The notes under the pieces are model-generated. The model was not told where the DNA came from, ran no database searches, and worked only from the letters and a program-made list of their open reading frames with translations. Source: Vicinamibacteria bacterium (lineage in GTDB: Bacteria; Acidobacteriota; Vicinamibacteria; Fen-336; JAGNNV01). Taken from it: a stretch of 64,000 nt of DNA. The position numbers and the translations under genes were made by a program. The DNA is taken from positions 36,835-100,834 of the forward strand of contig JANMVV010000049.1 in the NCBI GenBank assembly GCA_031392925.1, written 5' to 3'. Below, piece by piece: positions 31,362 to 39,953 of this stretch. The first letter of the stretch is position 1, and each line of letters opens with the position of its first letter.

Positions 31362-32147
31362 TCAGTAGATTCGGAAACTGACCGGCGCCTGGGCGATTGT
31401 CGCCACCGGGCGCCCGCCCTTGATCGCCGGAGAGAAGACCCACTGGCGCACGGTCTGAATCGCCGCGGCGTCGAGCTGGGGAATAGAACGGAGAACGCGG
31501 GCCCGCCCAACCCTGCCGTCGACGCCGATGACGATCTCCAGAGTCACCACCCCTTCGATCTTCTTGATGAAGGCCTCCTGGGGATAGACGGGCCTCGTCT
31601 GCTTCAGAAGGCGCGGCGGCTGGTCGTAGTCGAGCACCGGAGAGTCGCCCGTGCCGCCGATCACTCCCCCCAGGGTTCCCCCGAGGGTTCCTCCCACGGT
31701 GCCGCCTTCAACCCCGCCGGCCATTCCGTCGGCGGAGCCCGCTTCAGATCCGTCCGCCACGCCGAACTGCTTCAAGGGATCGATTCCCTTTTCCGGCTCC
31801 ACGGGCTTTGGCTCGTCCGGTACCTTTGGCTCCACCAGCACGTCGGGATCCGGTGGTTTGGCGCCCGTCTTCTCCGGAGCCTTTTCAGCCTGCTTCGTGG
31901 AAGCGCCCCTGGGGAGGGGTGGTGGTGGCGGGGGAGGCGGGTTGTAGATGAGCGCCCGGATGTAGTCCACCGGCGGCGGCGTCGCCGGAAAAAGAAGAGG
32001 AGAGAGCACGAGGGAAAGTATCAGAAGGCCGTGAATACCCGCCGAGACCCAGAACCAGCGGCCGCGCCCCTCCGGCGCCCGCACTTCTCGCGTGTACAGG
32101 GAGAAGAGGTCGACCGGCGCGCTCTGGGGTTGTTCGTTCTCGGTCAT
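31362..32147 (-). CDS. TonB-family (TolA-like) energy-transducer paralog
   Basis: 261 aa. TM anchor WFWVSAGIHGLLILSLVLSPLLF, Pro-rich spacer (NPPPPPPPPLP). C-terminal TonB domain (YPQEAFIKKIEGVVTLEIVIGVDGRVGRARVLRS). Confidence 0.88.
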   Translation of the reverse strand: MTENEQPQSAPVDLFSLYTREVRAPEGRGRWFWVSAGIHGLLILSLVLSPLLFPATPPPVDYIRALIYNPPPPPPPPLPRGASTKQAEKAPEKTGAKPPDPDVLVEPKVPDEPKPVEPEKGIDPLKQFGVADGSEAGSADGMAGGVEGGTVGGTLGGTLGGVIGGTGDSPVLDYDQPPRLLKQTRPVYPQEAFIKKIEGVVTLEIVIGVDGRVGRARVLRSIPQLDAAAIQTVRQWVFSPAIKGGRPVATIAQAPVSFRIY

Positions 32148-32289
32148 ATGGCGGCTCTTGATTGCAGCTCACAGCAAGAAAACTGCCACCTTCTTAAGAG
32201 CTCGCGGAGTCTACCCCTCGACCTCTCTCGGTCGGGCACGCCGCCTAGACGGTGGCGGAGCCCAACCCGACGGCTTCGGTCGCCGCTGT

Positions 32290-33216
32290 CTATGCTGATG
32301 GGACGCGTGAGGCCTGGCGGTTCTGCCACCACACGACGATGGGGCTCGCGATGTAGATCGTCGAGTATGTCCCGACGAGAATCCCGATCACCATGGTAAA
32401 GCCGAAGCCGCGCAGGACCTCGCCGCCGAACAGGAAGAGGCCCAGAACCGCAAGGAAGGTCGTGCCGTTCGAGATCAGGGTCCGGGTGAGGGTCTGATTT
32501 AGCGAGTCGTTGAGGATCTTCGCGAGCGAATCCTTCTTCTTTGTCTTGAGGTTCTCACGGGCGCGGTCGAAGATGACGATGGTGTCGTTGACCGAATAGC
32601 CGACCAAGGTCAGGAGTGCGGCGATGATGTTCAGGGTGATCTCGTAGTTGAAGAAGGCCAGGAACGCCAGAGTCACGAGAACGTCGTGCAGCACGGCAAT
32701 GGTGGCGGCCGCGCCCCAGATGGCGCCCCCGAAACGCCAGGTGATGTAGAGGAGCTGGAAGACGAGGCCCCAGACCGTCAACTGAACCGCCTTCTGGCGC
32801 AGATCCGCGCCGACTGTCGGGCCCACGATCTCCGAGGAGGACTCGAGGATCTTGTTCTCGGGATACTGGACCGCGATCGCCGCCTTCGCGTTGTTCGCCG
32901 CCTGATCGAGCGCGCCCTCGTCTACCGCCGCGATTCGCACCAGAACCTGATTCTTGCTCGGGTCGTCGTAGGTCTGGATGGTGGCGTCGGGCACGGCGGC
33001 GCGGATCCGATCATTCTCCGGCGACTTTTCGAAATGGAGAATCAGCTGGGTCCCGCCCGAGAACTCGACGCCGTAACCCTTCGGGTTCGAGCCGACGTAG
33101 AGGCCCGTAGCGAGCATGTAGCCGAGACCGCCGAAGATGAGGGCGAGGCTCAGGGCGATGAAGTACTTCGCCTTGCCGAGGAAGTCGAAATTGGGGTTCT
33201 TGAGGATCTCGAGCAT
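32290..33216 (-). CDS. secF: Protein translocase subunit SecF
   Basis: The internal ATG at 33216 (MLEILKNPNFDFLGKAKYFIALS...) is the typical SecF N-terminus. Six TM segments. Starts 20 nt after secD. Confidence 0.93.
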   Translation of the reverse strand: MLEILKNPNFDFLGKAKYFIALSLALIFGGLGYMLATGLYVGSNPKGYGVEFSGGTQLILHFEKSPENDRIRAAVPDATIQTYDDPSKNQVLVRIAAVDEGALDQAANNAKAAIAVQYPENKILESSSEIVGPTVGADLRQKAVQLTVWGLVFQLLYITWRFGGAIWGAAATIAVLHDVLVTLAFLAFFNYEITLNIIAALLTLVGYSVNDTIVIFDRARENLKTKKKDSLAKILNDSLNQTLTRTLISNGTTFLAVLGLFLFGGEVLRGFGFTMVIGILVGTYSTIYIASPIVVWWQNRQASRVPSA

Positions 33217-33236
33217 TGTCTTGGGTAGCGATTCCG

Positions 33237-34871
33237 TTAGATGGAGAGGGTGTCGACCTTGCGATCGCCGAGCACCCATTCGAAGAGGAACTTACTCACG
33301 AAGTAAGAGGCGAAGACGTTCGCGATGAGACCCCAGACCAGAGTGACGGCAAAACCCCGGATCGCGCCGGTGCCGAACTGGAACAGGAAGGCCGAGGCGA
33401 TGAGCGCGGTCGCGTGGGTGTCGAGGATGGTGATCCAGACCCGATCGAAGCCGTTGCTCACCGCGGTCTTTACCGTCTTCCCCGAACGCAGCTCTTCACG
33501 GATGCGCTCGAAGACCAGGACGTTGGTGTCGACGCCCACGCCGACGGTGAGGATGATGCCGGCGATTCCGGGAAGGGTCAGGGTGGCGCCCGCGTAGGCC
33601 ATGGCGCCAAGAAGGATGAGCAGGTTGGCGAGCAGAGCCACCACCGCGTTGACGCCGGACATCCGGTAGTAGAAAAGCATGAAGAGGGTGATGAAGCCCA
33701 TGCCCGCCGCCGAAGCCATGACACCGGATCGGATCGAGTCCTTGCCGAGGGACGCGCCCACCGTCTGCTCCTGGAGGAAGTTCAAGGTGGCGGGCAGAGC
33801 CCCCGCGCGAAGCACCTTGGCGAGGGTGTCCGCCTCTTCCTGGGAGAACGAACCCTGGATAACGCCTTGATCGGTGATTCGGCTGTTGATGACCGGAGCC
33901 GATTCCACCGAGCCGTCCAGAATGACGGCGAGGCGACGGCCCACGTTCTCTCCGGTGGCCTGTCCGAATTTCTGGGCGCCGATGGGGGTGAGAGAAAACT
34001 GGATGTCCGGCTGTCCGGTTTCTCCGCTCACGCTGGGCCGAGCGTTCTTCAGGTCTCGTCCGGTGATGACCGCTTCCTTGCGCACCAGGTAGAAGGCGCG
34101 GCTTCCCGGCTCGTTGCCGGCGCCGCTCACGATCTCCATGGTCGGCGGGGGTTCGGTCTGGCCCGCGGGCAGGAGCAACTCGCGGGTCGCGGCCTCGTTC
34201 TCCACGAGCTTGAGCGAGAGCTGCGCCGTCCGCTTGATCATGTCCTTCGCGCGCACCACGTCGGTGACGCCCGGCAGTTGAACCAGGATCTGGTCGCCCG
34301 CGTTTCCGTGCGCGGTGATCACGGGCTCGGCCACGCCAAGGACGTTGACCCGACGCTCGAGGGTCCGGATCGATTCCTGAACCGTCTGATCCTTGAGGAC
34401 CCGCCGGTAGGGGTCGGTCAGCTTGATGGAGAAGCCGGTCGCGGTCTCGCTCATGTTCCATTCGGTCGAGCGGAAGAAGTCGCGCAGGGTGGTGCGCGCA
34501 TCCTTGGTTCGGGCCGGCTCGATCCCTTCAACCGTGAAGGTGTCGATGTCGGTCGCCATGACCTTGGCGCCGGGCATGCCGGCGCGACCGAGCTCACTGG
34601 AGGCCAGTGACACCCCGTCGGAAACAGTGGCGCGGAGCGCATCGTCGGTGACCACCTTCATGATCAGGTGCATGCCGCCCTTGAGGTCGAGACCCAGCTT
34701 GATCTTGTCCTCGAGAGGCCACATGGACACGAAGCAGGCGATCAGGAAGGAGGCGTAGAGGATTCCCCTGGTTCGCAGTTCCTTCCGCAGGAAGGTCCAG
34801 GCGAGCGCTCCCACGGCGATCGAGATCACCAGCCAGAGCAGGAATGGATTCTTTGTAAGACTGTCCATCAT
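33237..34871 (-). CDS. secD: Protein translocase subunit SecD
   Basis: 544 aa. Periplasmic P1 domain then RND-like TM bundle (…LTLPGIAGIILTVGVGVDTNVLVFERIREE…). Confidence 0.95.
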   Translation of the reverse strand: MMDSLTKNPFLLWLVISIAVGALAWTFLRKELRTRGILYASFLIACFVSMWPLEDKIKLGLDLKGGMHLIMKVVTDDALRATVSDGVSLASSELGRAGMPGAKVMATDIDTFTVEGIEPARTKDARTTLRDFFRSTEWNMSETATGFSIKLTDPYRRVLKDQTVQESIRTLERRVNVLGVAEPVITAHGNAGDQILVQLPGVTDVVRAKDMIKRTAQLSLKLVENEAATRELLLPAGQTEPPPTMEIVSGAGNEPGSRAFYLVRKEAVITGRDLKNARPSVSGETGQPDIQFSLTPIGAQKFGQATGENVGRRLAVILDGSVESAPVINSRITDQGVIQGSFSQEEADTLAKVLRAGALPATLNFLQEQTVGASLGKDSIRSGVMASAAGMGFITLFMLFYYRMSGVNAVVALLANLLILLGAMAYAGATLTLPGIAGIILTVGVGVDTNVLVFERIREELRSGKTVKTAVSNGFDRVWITILDTHATALIASAFLFQFGTGAIRGFAVTLVWGLIANVFASYFVSKFLFEWVLGDRKVDTLSI

Positions 34872-34877
34872 GATTTC

Positions 34878-35201
34878 CTAGGTTTTGGATACGCCGGCAG
34901 TATGTTCCAGCGCCGCGATGGCGCTGCGCTGCACGCGGATCTTTGTCTTGTCGGCGATGCGTATGTAGGCGTCCGTTCCCTCGATGCCTTCGATGACCCC
35001 GTAGATACCGGAGGCCAGAACCACGTGATCTCCGGCCTTGAGCGACTTCAGGAGCGTCTCCTGCTCCGACTGCTTCTTCCGGGACGGCCCGATGACCAGC
35101 ACATAGAAGATGCCGAACACGATGGCCATGGGCAGGAAGGCTTCGAACACGCTGGGCTGCGCCGGCGTCGCCTGCAGGTTCAGGAGAAAAACGGAGTCCA
35201 T
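34878..35201 (-). CDS. yajC: Preprotein translocase subunit YajC
   Basis: 107 aa. Single TM, ...RKKQSEQETLLKSLKAGDHVVLASGIYGVIEGIEG.... Between tgt and secD as in many bacteria. Confidence 0.92.
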   Translation of the reverse strand: MDSVFLLNLQATPAQPSVFEAFLPMAIVFGIFYVLVIGPSRKKQSEQETLLKSLKAGDHVVLASGIYGVIEGIEGTDAYIRIADKTKIRVQRSAIAALEHTAGVSKT

Positions 35202-35322
35202 ATTTGGGTGGGGTTTTCTTGGAAACGAGCCGAGCTTTTACTTTGAGGAAGAGCCGATCGAAGCGTCGCGCGGGGATCCTTAGACTCTCCCGAGCGCTCC
35301 TTACTCAGAAAGGATAAGGAGC

Positions 35323-36429
35323 TCAGGCCGAGAACCCCAGAAGGGTCTCCTGCCGGAACGATTCAAAGCGGCCCGCGACGATACTCTCCCGCGCCTTTCC
35401 GACCAAATCCAGATAGAAGAAGAGATTGTGCAGGGTGGCGAGCACGCCCCCGGTCATCTCATTCGACAAGTGGAGATGACGAAGGTAGGCCCGGGAGGCA
35501 ATCCGGCATGTGGGGCACCGACAGGAAGAGTCGATCGGCGAGGCGTCCCGGGCGAATTTCGCGTTCCGGATCGACATCTTCCCTCGCCAGGTGAACAGTT
35601 GCCCGGTGCGCGCGTTCCGGGTGGGTAGCACGCAGTCGAACATGTCGACGCCCCTACGGATGCCGTCGAGCAGGTCCTCCGGGGTGCCGACACCCATGAG
35701 GTAACGCGGCCGATCTTCGGGCAGAACAAGATCCATGACCTCGAGAATGCGAACCATGTCTTCCTTGGGCTCGCCCACCGAGAGCCCGCCGACCGCATAG
35801 CCGGGGAAGCCGATCGCGGTGATGGCGCGGGCGCTCAGTTCGCGCAGGTCGTCGTGAACGCCGCCCTGGACGATTCCAAAAAGCCACTGGTCGTCCCGGG
35901 TGTGCGCGCGCTTCGATCGCTCGGCCCACCGGGCCGTCCGCTCGGTGGCATCCTTGACCTCCTCGCGCGTGGCCGGGTAGGGCGGGCACTCGTCGAAGGC
36001 CATGATGATGTCGGCGCCGAGCTTCATCTGAATCTCGATGGAGCGCTCCGGCGACAGCTCGAGTCGGGCGCCGTCGAGATGACTTCGAAAGACCACGCTT
36101 TGCTCGGTTCGCTTCCGAAGGGCCGAGAGGCTCATGACCTGATAGCCGCCGCTGTCGGTGAGAAACGGCTTGTGAAATCCGGTGAAGCCGTGAAGGCCGC
36201 CGAGCTCCTGCACGAGATCCTCTCCGGGCCGCACGTGCATGTGATACGTGTTCGCGAGAATGATCTGCGCGCCGATCTCCTCGAGGTGCGTTGAGGTGAG
36301 GCCCTTCACCGAACCCGCGGTTCCCACCGGCATGAAGACCGGGGTTCGGATCTCGCCGTGGGGCGTGATCAATCGTCCCGATCGCGCGCGACCGGAACGC
36401 GCGTCCACCTGAAACTCAAAATTTTTCAA
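35323..36429 (-). CDS. tgt: Queuine tRNA-ribosyltransferase
   Basis: 368 aa (TTG start, SD gaagg). GRLITPHGEIRTPVFMPVGT, TDSGGYQV. Zinc site CRCPTC...YLRHL. Confidence 0.95.
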   Translation of the reverse strand: MKNFEFQVDARSGRARSGRLITPHGEIRTPVFMPVGTAGSVKGLTSTHLEEIGAQIILANTYHMHVRPGEDLVQELGGLHGFTGFHKPFLTDSGGYQVMSLSALRKRTEQSVVFRSHLDGARLELSPERSIEIQMKLGADIIMAFDECPPYPATREEVKDATERTARWAERSKRAHTRDDQWLFGIVQGGVHDDLRELSARAITAIGFPGYAVGGLSVGEPKEDMVRILEVMDLVLPEDRPRYLMGVGTPEDLLDGIRRGVDMFDCVLPTRNARTGQLFTWRGKMSIRNAKFARDASPIDSSCRCPTCRIASRAYLRHLHLSNEMTGGVLATLHNLFFYLDLVGKARESIVAGRFESFRQETLLGFSA

Positions 36430-36733
36430 ACAAGACCTTCATCGCGATCGGCGAGTATAGGGAATGCGTCGGCGAAGAACGGCCACCCTGGTCGCCATAT
36501 AAGAAACCATATAGAGCCGCAATCAAGGGATGCCACGGAGGGAATCCGCTCCCGCCAGCGTCATAACTAGAGCCAACGGAAGTCGTTGCCGGCCGCCAAC
36601 CTTTTCGTTTGTGTTAAATAAACCATACAAACTCAAAAATCTCACCGATCCACAACAGGTTCTCAACAGAACTTCCACAGGCTAAGACGCTGAAATAAAG
36701 GGAGACGCGCCGATGAAAAATCGCCGCGACCTC

Positions 36734-36762
36734 TTGACAATGTGCAAGTCATTACCTACGCT
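36734..36762 (+). promoter_or_regulatory. Sigma-70-type promoter of the mini-ORF transcription unit
   Basis: TTGACA (36734-36739), 17-nt spacer, TACGCT (36757-36762). Sits in the AT-richer 36430-36945 gap. Confidence 0.5.
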
Positions 36763-36848
36763 CCAACTAGTGCATGCCTCCGCTGTCAACACAAAATGTT
36801 GGAAGCGGGGGTCGGCAATACCTAGATCGAAAGGGGGGATTACACACC

Positions 36849-36896
36849 ATGGCCGCTAAGAAAGCTGCTAAGAAGGCTGCAAAGAAGAAGAAGTAA
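36849..36896 (+). CDS. 15-aa polybasic peptide MAAKKAAKKAAKKKK (small ORF; alternatively part of an sRNA)
   Basis: Not in the track. SD aagggggg (36831-36838), ATG 36849, TAA 36894-36896. Upstream promoter and 5' hairpin (36777-36811). Strong intrinsic terminator directly downstream. Confidence 0.45.
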   Translation: MAAKKAAKKAAKKKK

Positions 36897-36921
36897 GTCG
36901 CTTCCATTTGCGGCTTCAGGA

Positions 36922-36947
36922 GGGGGTGAGCGATCACCCCCTTTTTT
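36922..36947 (+). terminator. Intrinsic terminator of the mini-ORF unit
   Basis: 8-bp GC-rich stem gggggtga / tcaccccc with loop gcga (36922-36941), followed by TTTTTT (36942-36947). The T-tract is on the + strand only and overlaps the convergent HAD stop codon. Confidence 0.8.
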
Positions 36948-37818
36948 ATTTCCCCTCCGAATTCCCGATCAATCCATGGAGCACGAAGCGCTCCACCGCG
37001 TACGCGACGCCGTCCTCGTCGTTTCCGGGAATCACCTCGAGACCGAGGGCGCGCAGTTCCGGATCCGCATTCCCCATCACGCATCCCTTTCCGGCGGCGA
37101 GCAGCATCAGGCGATCGTTCCAGTTGTCGCCGATCGCGAGCACCTCGGCGAGCTCCACACCCCACCGCGCGCAAAGAAAACGGAGCGCCTCGGACTTGTC
37201 CACGGTGGGGGACACGACGTCGATGAGCGACAGATCGTCCTTCGGATAGACGGTTCTATGCGCAGTGATCTCGAAGCCGCGCGCTTCAATCGCTCCAGCG
37301 AGCGCGCTCATCTCGTTCATCGAACCGCCGAACATGACCTGCAGCGGATCATCGTCTTTCCCGGCCACCGCGGCCTCGAGGTTTGGGACCACGCGCACGT
37401 CCGGATGAGATCGGTTCAGGTAGTAAGCGAGGAGGGTGTGGGAGGGAGAGGCGTTTTCGACATAGAGCAGTCCTTCCCCGGCGTGCCCGAAATGCACCAC
37501 CGGATCCGCACCCACGCTCTTCGCGAAAGTGAGCACCGCGATCGCGGACGAACGAGCGAGCGGGCGAACCCTTATGGCGACCGACTCCTCGATTACCAGG
37601 CCGCCGTTGTGCAGAACCAGAGTCGGACGTCCGGGAAGAAGGTCGGCGATCTTCTTCGCCGCCGGATACCTTCGACCGGTCACGAGGGCAAGGCGAACGC
37701 CCGCCTCCAGGGCGGCGGCGATGGACGCGCGATTCCTCGGGGATATCTCCCGTCGAGAGTTGAGCAGCGTTCCATCGATATCGAGGGCGAGGACGCGCGG
37801 CGGCGCCTTCGAGAACAC
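36946..37818 (-). CDS. Cof-type HAD-superfamily hydrolase
   Basis: The proposed GTG start at 37818 lies 2 nt after the PPIase stop. Motif I LALDIDGTLL. Motif III AIGDNWNDRLML. The upstream part of the track ORF (to 38049) overlaps the PPIase gene. Confidence 0.82.
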   Translation of the reverse strand: MFSKAPPRVLALDIDGTLLNSRREISPRNRASIAAALEAGVRLALVTGRRYPAAKKIADLLPGRPTLVLHNGGLVIEESVAIRVRPLARSSAIAVLTFAKSVGADPVVHFGHAGEGLLYVENASPSHTLLAYYLNRSHPDVRVVPNLEAAVAGKDDDPLQVMFGGSMNEMSALAGAIEARGFEITAHRTVYPKDDLSLIDVVSPTVDKSEALRFLCARWGVELAEVLAIGDNWNDRLMLLAAGKGCVMGNADPELRALGLEVIPGNDEDGVAYAVERFVLHGLIGNSEGK

Positions 37819-37820
37819 GC

Positions 37821-39881
37821 TCAGCGGGCCTCGCGGCCGTCGAACACGTCGATTCGATCGATCACGTCGCCGGGGCGGATCTTCTCCACCACTTCCATGC
37901 CCGAGAGGACCTGGCCGAAGAGCGTGAAGGAGCCATCGAGATGAGGCTGCGGCTCGAGGGTGATGAAGAACTGAGAGCCGCCGGTGTCCTTTCCCGACAG
38001 CGCCATACCCACGGCGCCGCGGCCGTAGGGACGTTGGTTGTACTCGCATCGAACCGTCGAACCCGGGCCACCGTACCCGTCCCCGCGGGGATCTCCGCCC
38101 TGAATCACGAAGCCGGGGACCACGCGATGAAAAACGAGCCCGTTGAAGAAGCCGGACTGAGCGAGCCGCGCGAAAGACATCGAGGTGAGGGGGGCGTCCA
38201 CCACATCGAGGACGAGTTCGATGGTTCCGTAGCGCGTCACTATCCGCACGCGCGGCGAATACAGGGTCTGAGCCGTTGTCTCGTAAACGGAGACGAGCAG
38301 CCGGGCGTCGGCCAGACGGAGGGCGGTTTCTTCCGGAGGAGCGAACCCTTCGGAGAGAGCGCCGATCGCTCTTTGCCGCACCGCCCGTGAAGGATCCGAT
38401 CCGGCGATCCGGCGCAGGAGGGTTCGACCCTCGTCGGTGAGGCCCTTGGCGACCGCATCCACGACTGCGATCCGGGCTTCGATGTCCTGGTCGGCGAGCG
38501 AGGCATCGAGGGCGCGCGAAAAGGCCTGCGTGAACGCCCGGCCCGAACCCTTCTCGAGCGACGACAGACCTTCCACCGCCGCGGCCCGGATCCCCATGTC
38601 CGGGTTCTGGATCTGATCCAGAAGGGTGGGAACCGCGCCCTGACCCCGCGCGCGGGCCAGAGCCGCCAGCACGGCGGGGATGACGCGAGGATCGGCGTCC
38701 TTCAGCATCGGCAGGAGAAATGGAGCGGCGCGTTCGCCCAGGCTATCGGCCAGCGCCCCCGCCACTGCCTGCCGAACGCGCCAGTCGCTGTCGGGTCCGA
38801 TGGTGGACAGGACGATTCCCACCTCCTCCGCGTCTGCCTTGATGAGGGCGGGCCATGCCGCCGATCGGATCCACGGATCAGCATGACCGACGTTGTCCAT
38901 GATGCGCGAACGCCACTTCGACGGAGACGGAAGCATCGCGACCGAAAGCAACGCCTCGCGCCTCACCACCGGATTTGGAGAATCAATGTAAGCGGCCGCG
39001 ACCGAGGATCCTTCCGCGGCGCCCAAGGCGCCCACCGCGCGCAACGCCTGGACGGCGACCCCCGGATTGCCATCCTCGACCAGCCGGCGAAGGACACCGA
39101 GGTGCGACGGGTCCTTGAGCGCGCCCAGGCCGCGGGCGGCGAGGGCGCGTATGTACGGGTCTTCCGCTCGCGCTCCGGCGATCAGAATCGGGGTCAGCCT
39201 GGAGTCGCCGATGCGCATGGCGGCCCAGACGGAGACCCACCAGTCGACGAGCGGGGTCGAGTCGGAACCGAGAACCGCGCCGGCGAGGGACTCCGCATCC
39301 TTCAATCGGGCGAGGGCCACCAGATGGAGTCGAAGCTCTACCCAGGGATCGTCGGCACGTCCGGGATCGTCGCCCCGAATTCGCAGGGGACCCTCGCTGG
39401 TCCGGGGCAGGGCCCGACGGAAGGCCTTGGCGATCGACGGTCCGGCGGACGAGAGTCCAATGCGGCCCAGGGCTTCGGAGGCTCGGCCCCTGGTGGCGGC
39501 ATCCGGGTCGCCGAGAGCGGCGATGAGCGCGGGACTTCCCTCGGAGTTGCCCATCAGTCCGAGCGCGAACGCCGTCGCTCGCCGGACCTCGGTTTCGGGG
39601 TCTTTCAGTCGCTGGATCAGGCGGGGAAGGGCGAGCGGGTCGCCGATACGGCCCGCCGCGAGGGCGGCTCGGCGGCGAACCGCCGGATCCTCATGCTGCA
39701 AAAACCTCTGAATGGCGCCGTCTCCGAGCGAGCGAGAGTCCTCGAGCACGAGGATTCGGGCCAGTATTTCTATTCTCGAGAGCGGGTCGGGGAGGTCGGC
39801 TCCTCGCTTCGCGCCGCCGGTGGCGCAAGACAAGACCAGGGCGCCCAGGAGGCCGACCGATATCCGCGTGAATCGCCGCAT
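37821..39881 (-). CDS. Lipoprotein with about 10 HEAT-like repeats fused to a C-terminal cyclophilin-type peptidyl-prolyl isomerase
   Basis: The ATG at 39881 gives [20 protein letters not shown] (lipobox). Repeated ...DP.VRR.AA.ALG.IG... HEAT units. C-terminus [30 protein letters not shown]...GGSQFFITL (cyclophilin signature). Confidence 0.88.
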   Translation of the reverse strand: MRRFTRISVGLLGALVLSCATGGAKRGADLPDPLSRIEILARILVLEDSRSLGDGAIQRFLQHEDPAVRRRAALAAGRIGDPLALPRLIQRLKDPETEVRRATAFALGLMGNSEGSPALIAALGDPDAATRGRASEALGRIGLSSAGPSIAKAFRRALPRTSEGPLRIRGDDPGRADDPWVELRLHLVALARLKDAESLAGAVLGSDSTPLVDWWVSVWAAMRIGDSRLTPILIAGARAEDPYIRALAARGLGALKDPSHLGVLRRLVEDGNPGVAVQALRAVGALGAAEGSSVAAAYIDSPNPVVRREALLSVAMLPSPSKWRSRIMDNVGHADPWIRSAAWPALIKADAEEVGIVLSTIGPDSDWRVRQAVAGALADSLGERAAPFLLPMLKDADPRVIPAVLAALARARGQGAVPTLLDQIQNPDMGIRAAAVEGLSSLEKGSGRAFTQAFSRALDASLADQDIEARIAVVDAVAKGLTDEGRTLLRRIAGSDPSRAVRQRAIGALSEGFAPPEETALRLADARLLVSVYETTAQTLYSPRVRIVTRYGTIELVLDVVDAPLTSMSFARLAQSGFFNGLVFHRVVPGFVIQGGDPRGDGYGGPGSTVRCEYNQRPYGRGAVGMALSGKDTGGSQFFITLEPQPHLDGSFTLFGQVLSGMEVVEKIRPGDVIDRIDVFDGREAR

Positions 39882-39953
39882 CAGGACAAGTGAACCTTTG
39901 GATTGAGAAAGGCGAAGTGTAATTGGCCCGCCCACATAAACTGAGGCTGCAAG

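Noticed and set aside
36497-36526. Direct repeat ccatata-N5-ccatata and a possible minus-strand tgt promoter (TTGATT-18-TTATAT).
   Set aside because: A weak match in AT-rich DNA where such hexamers arise by chance. Kept only as a note, not as a feature.
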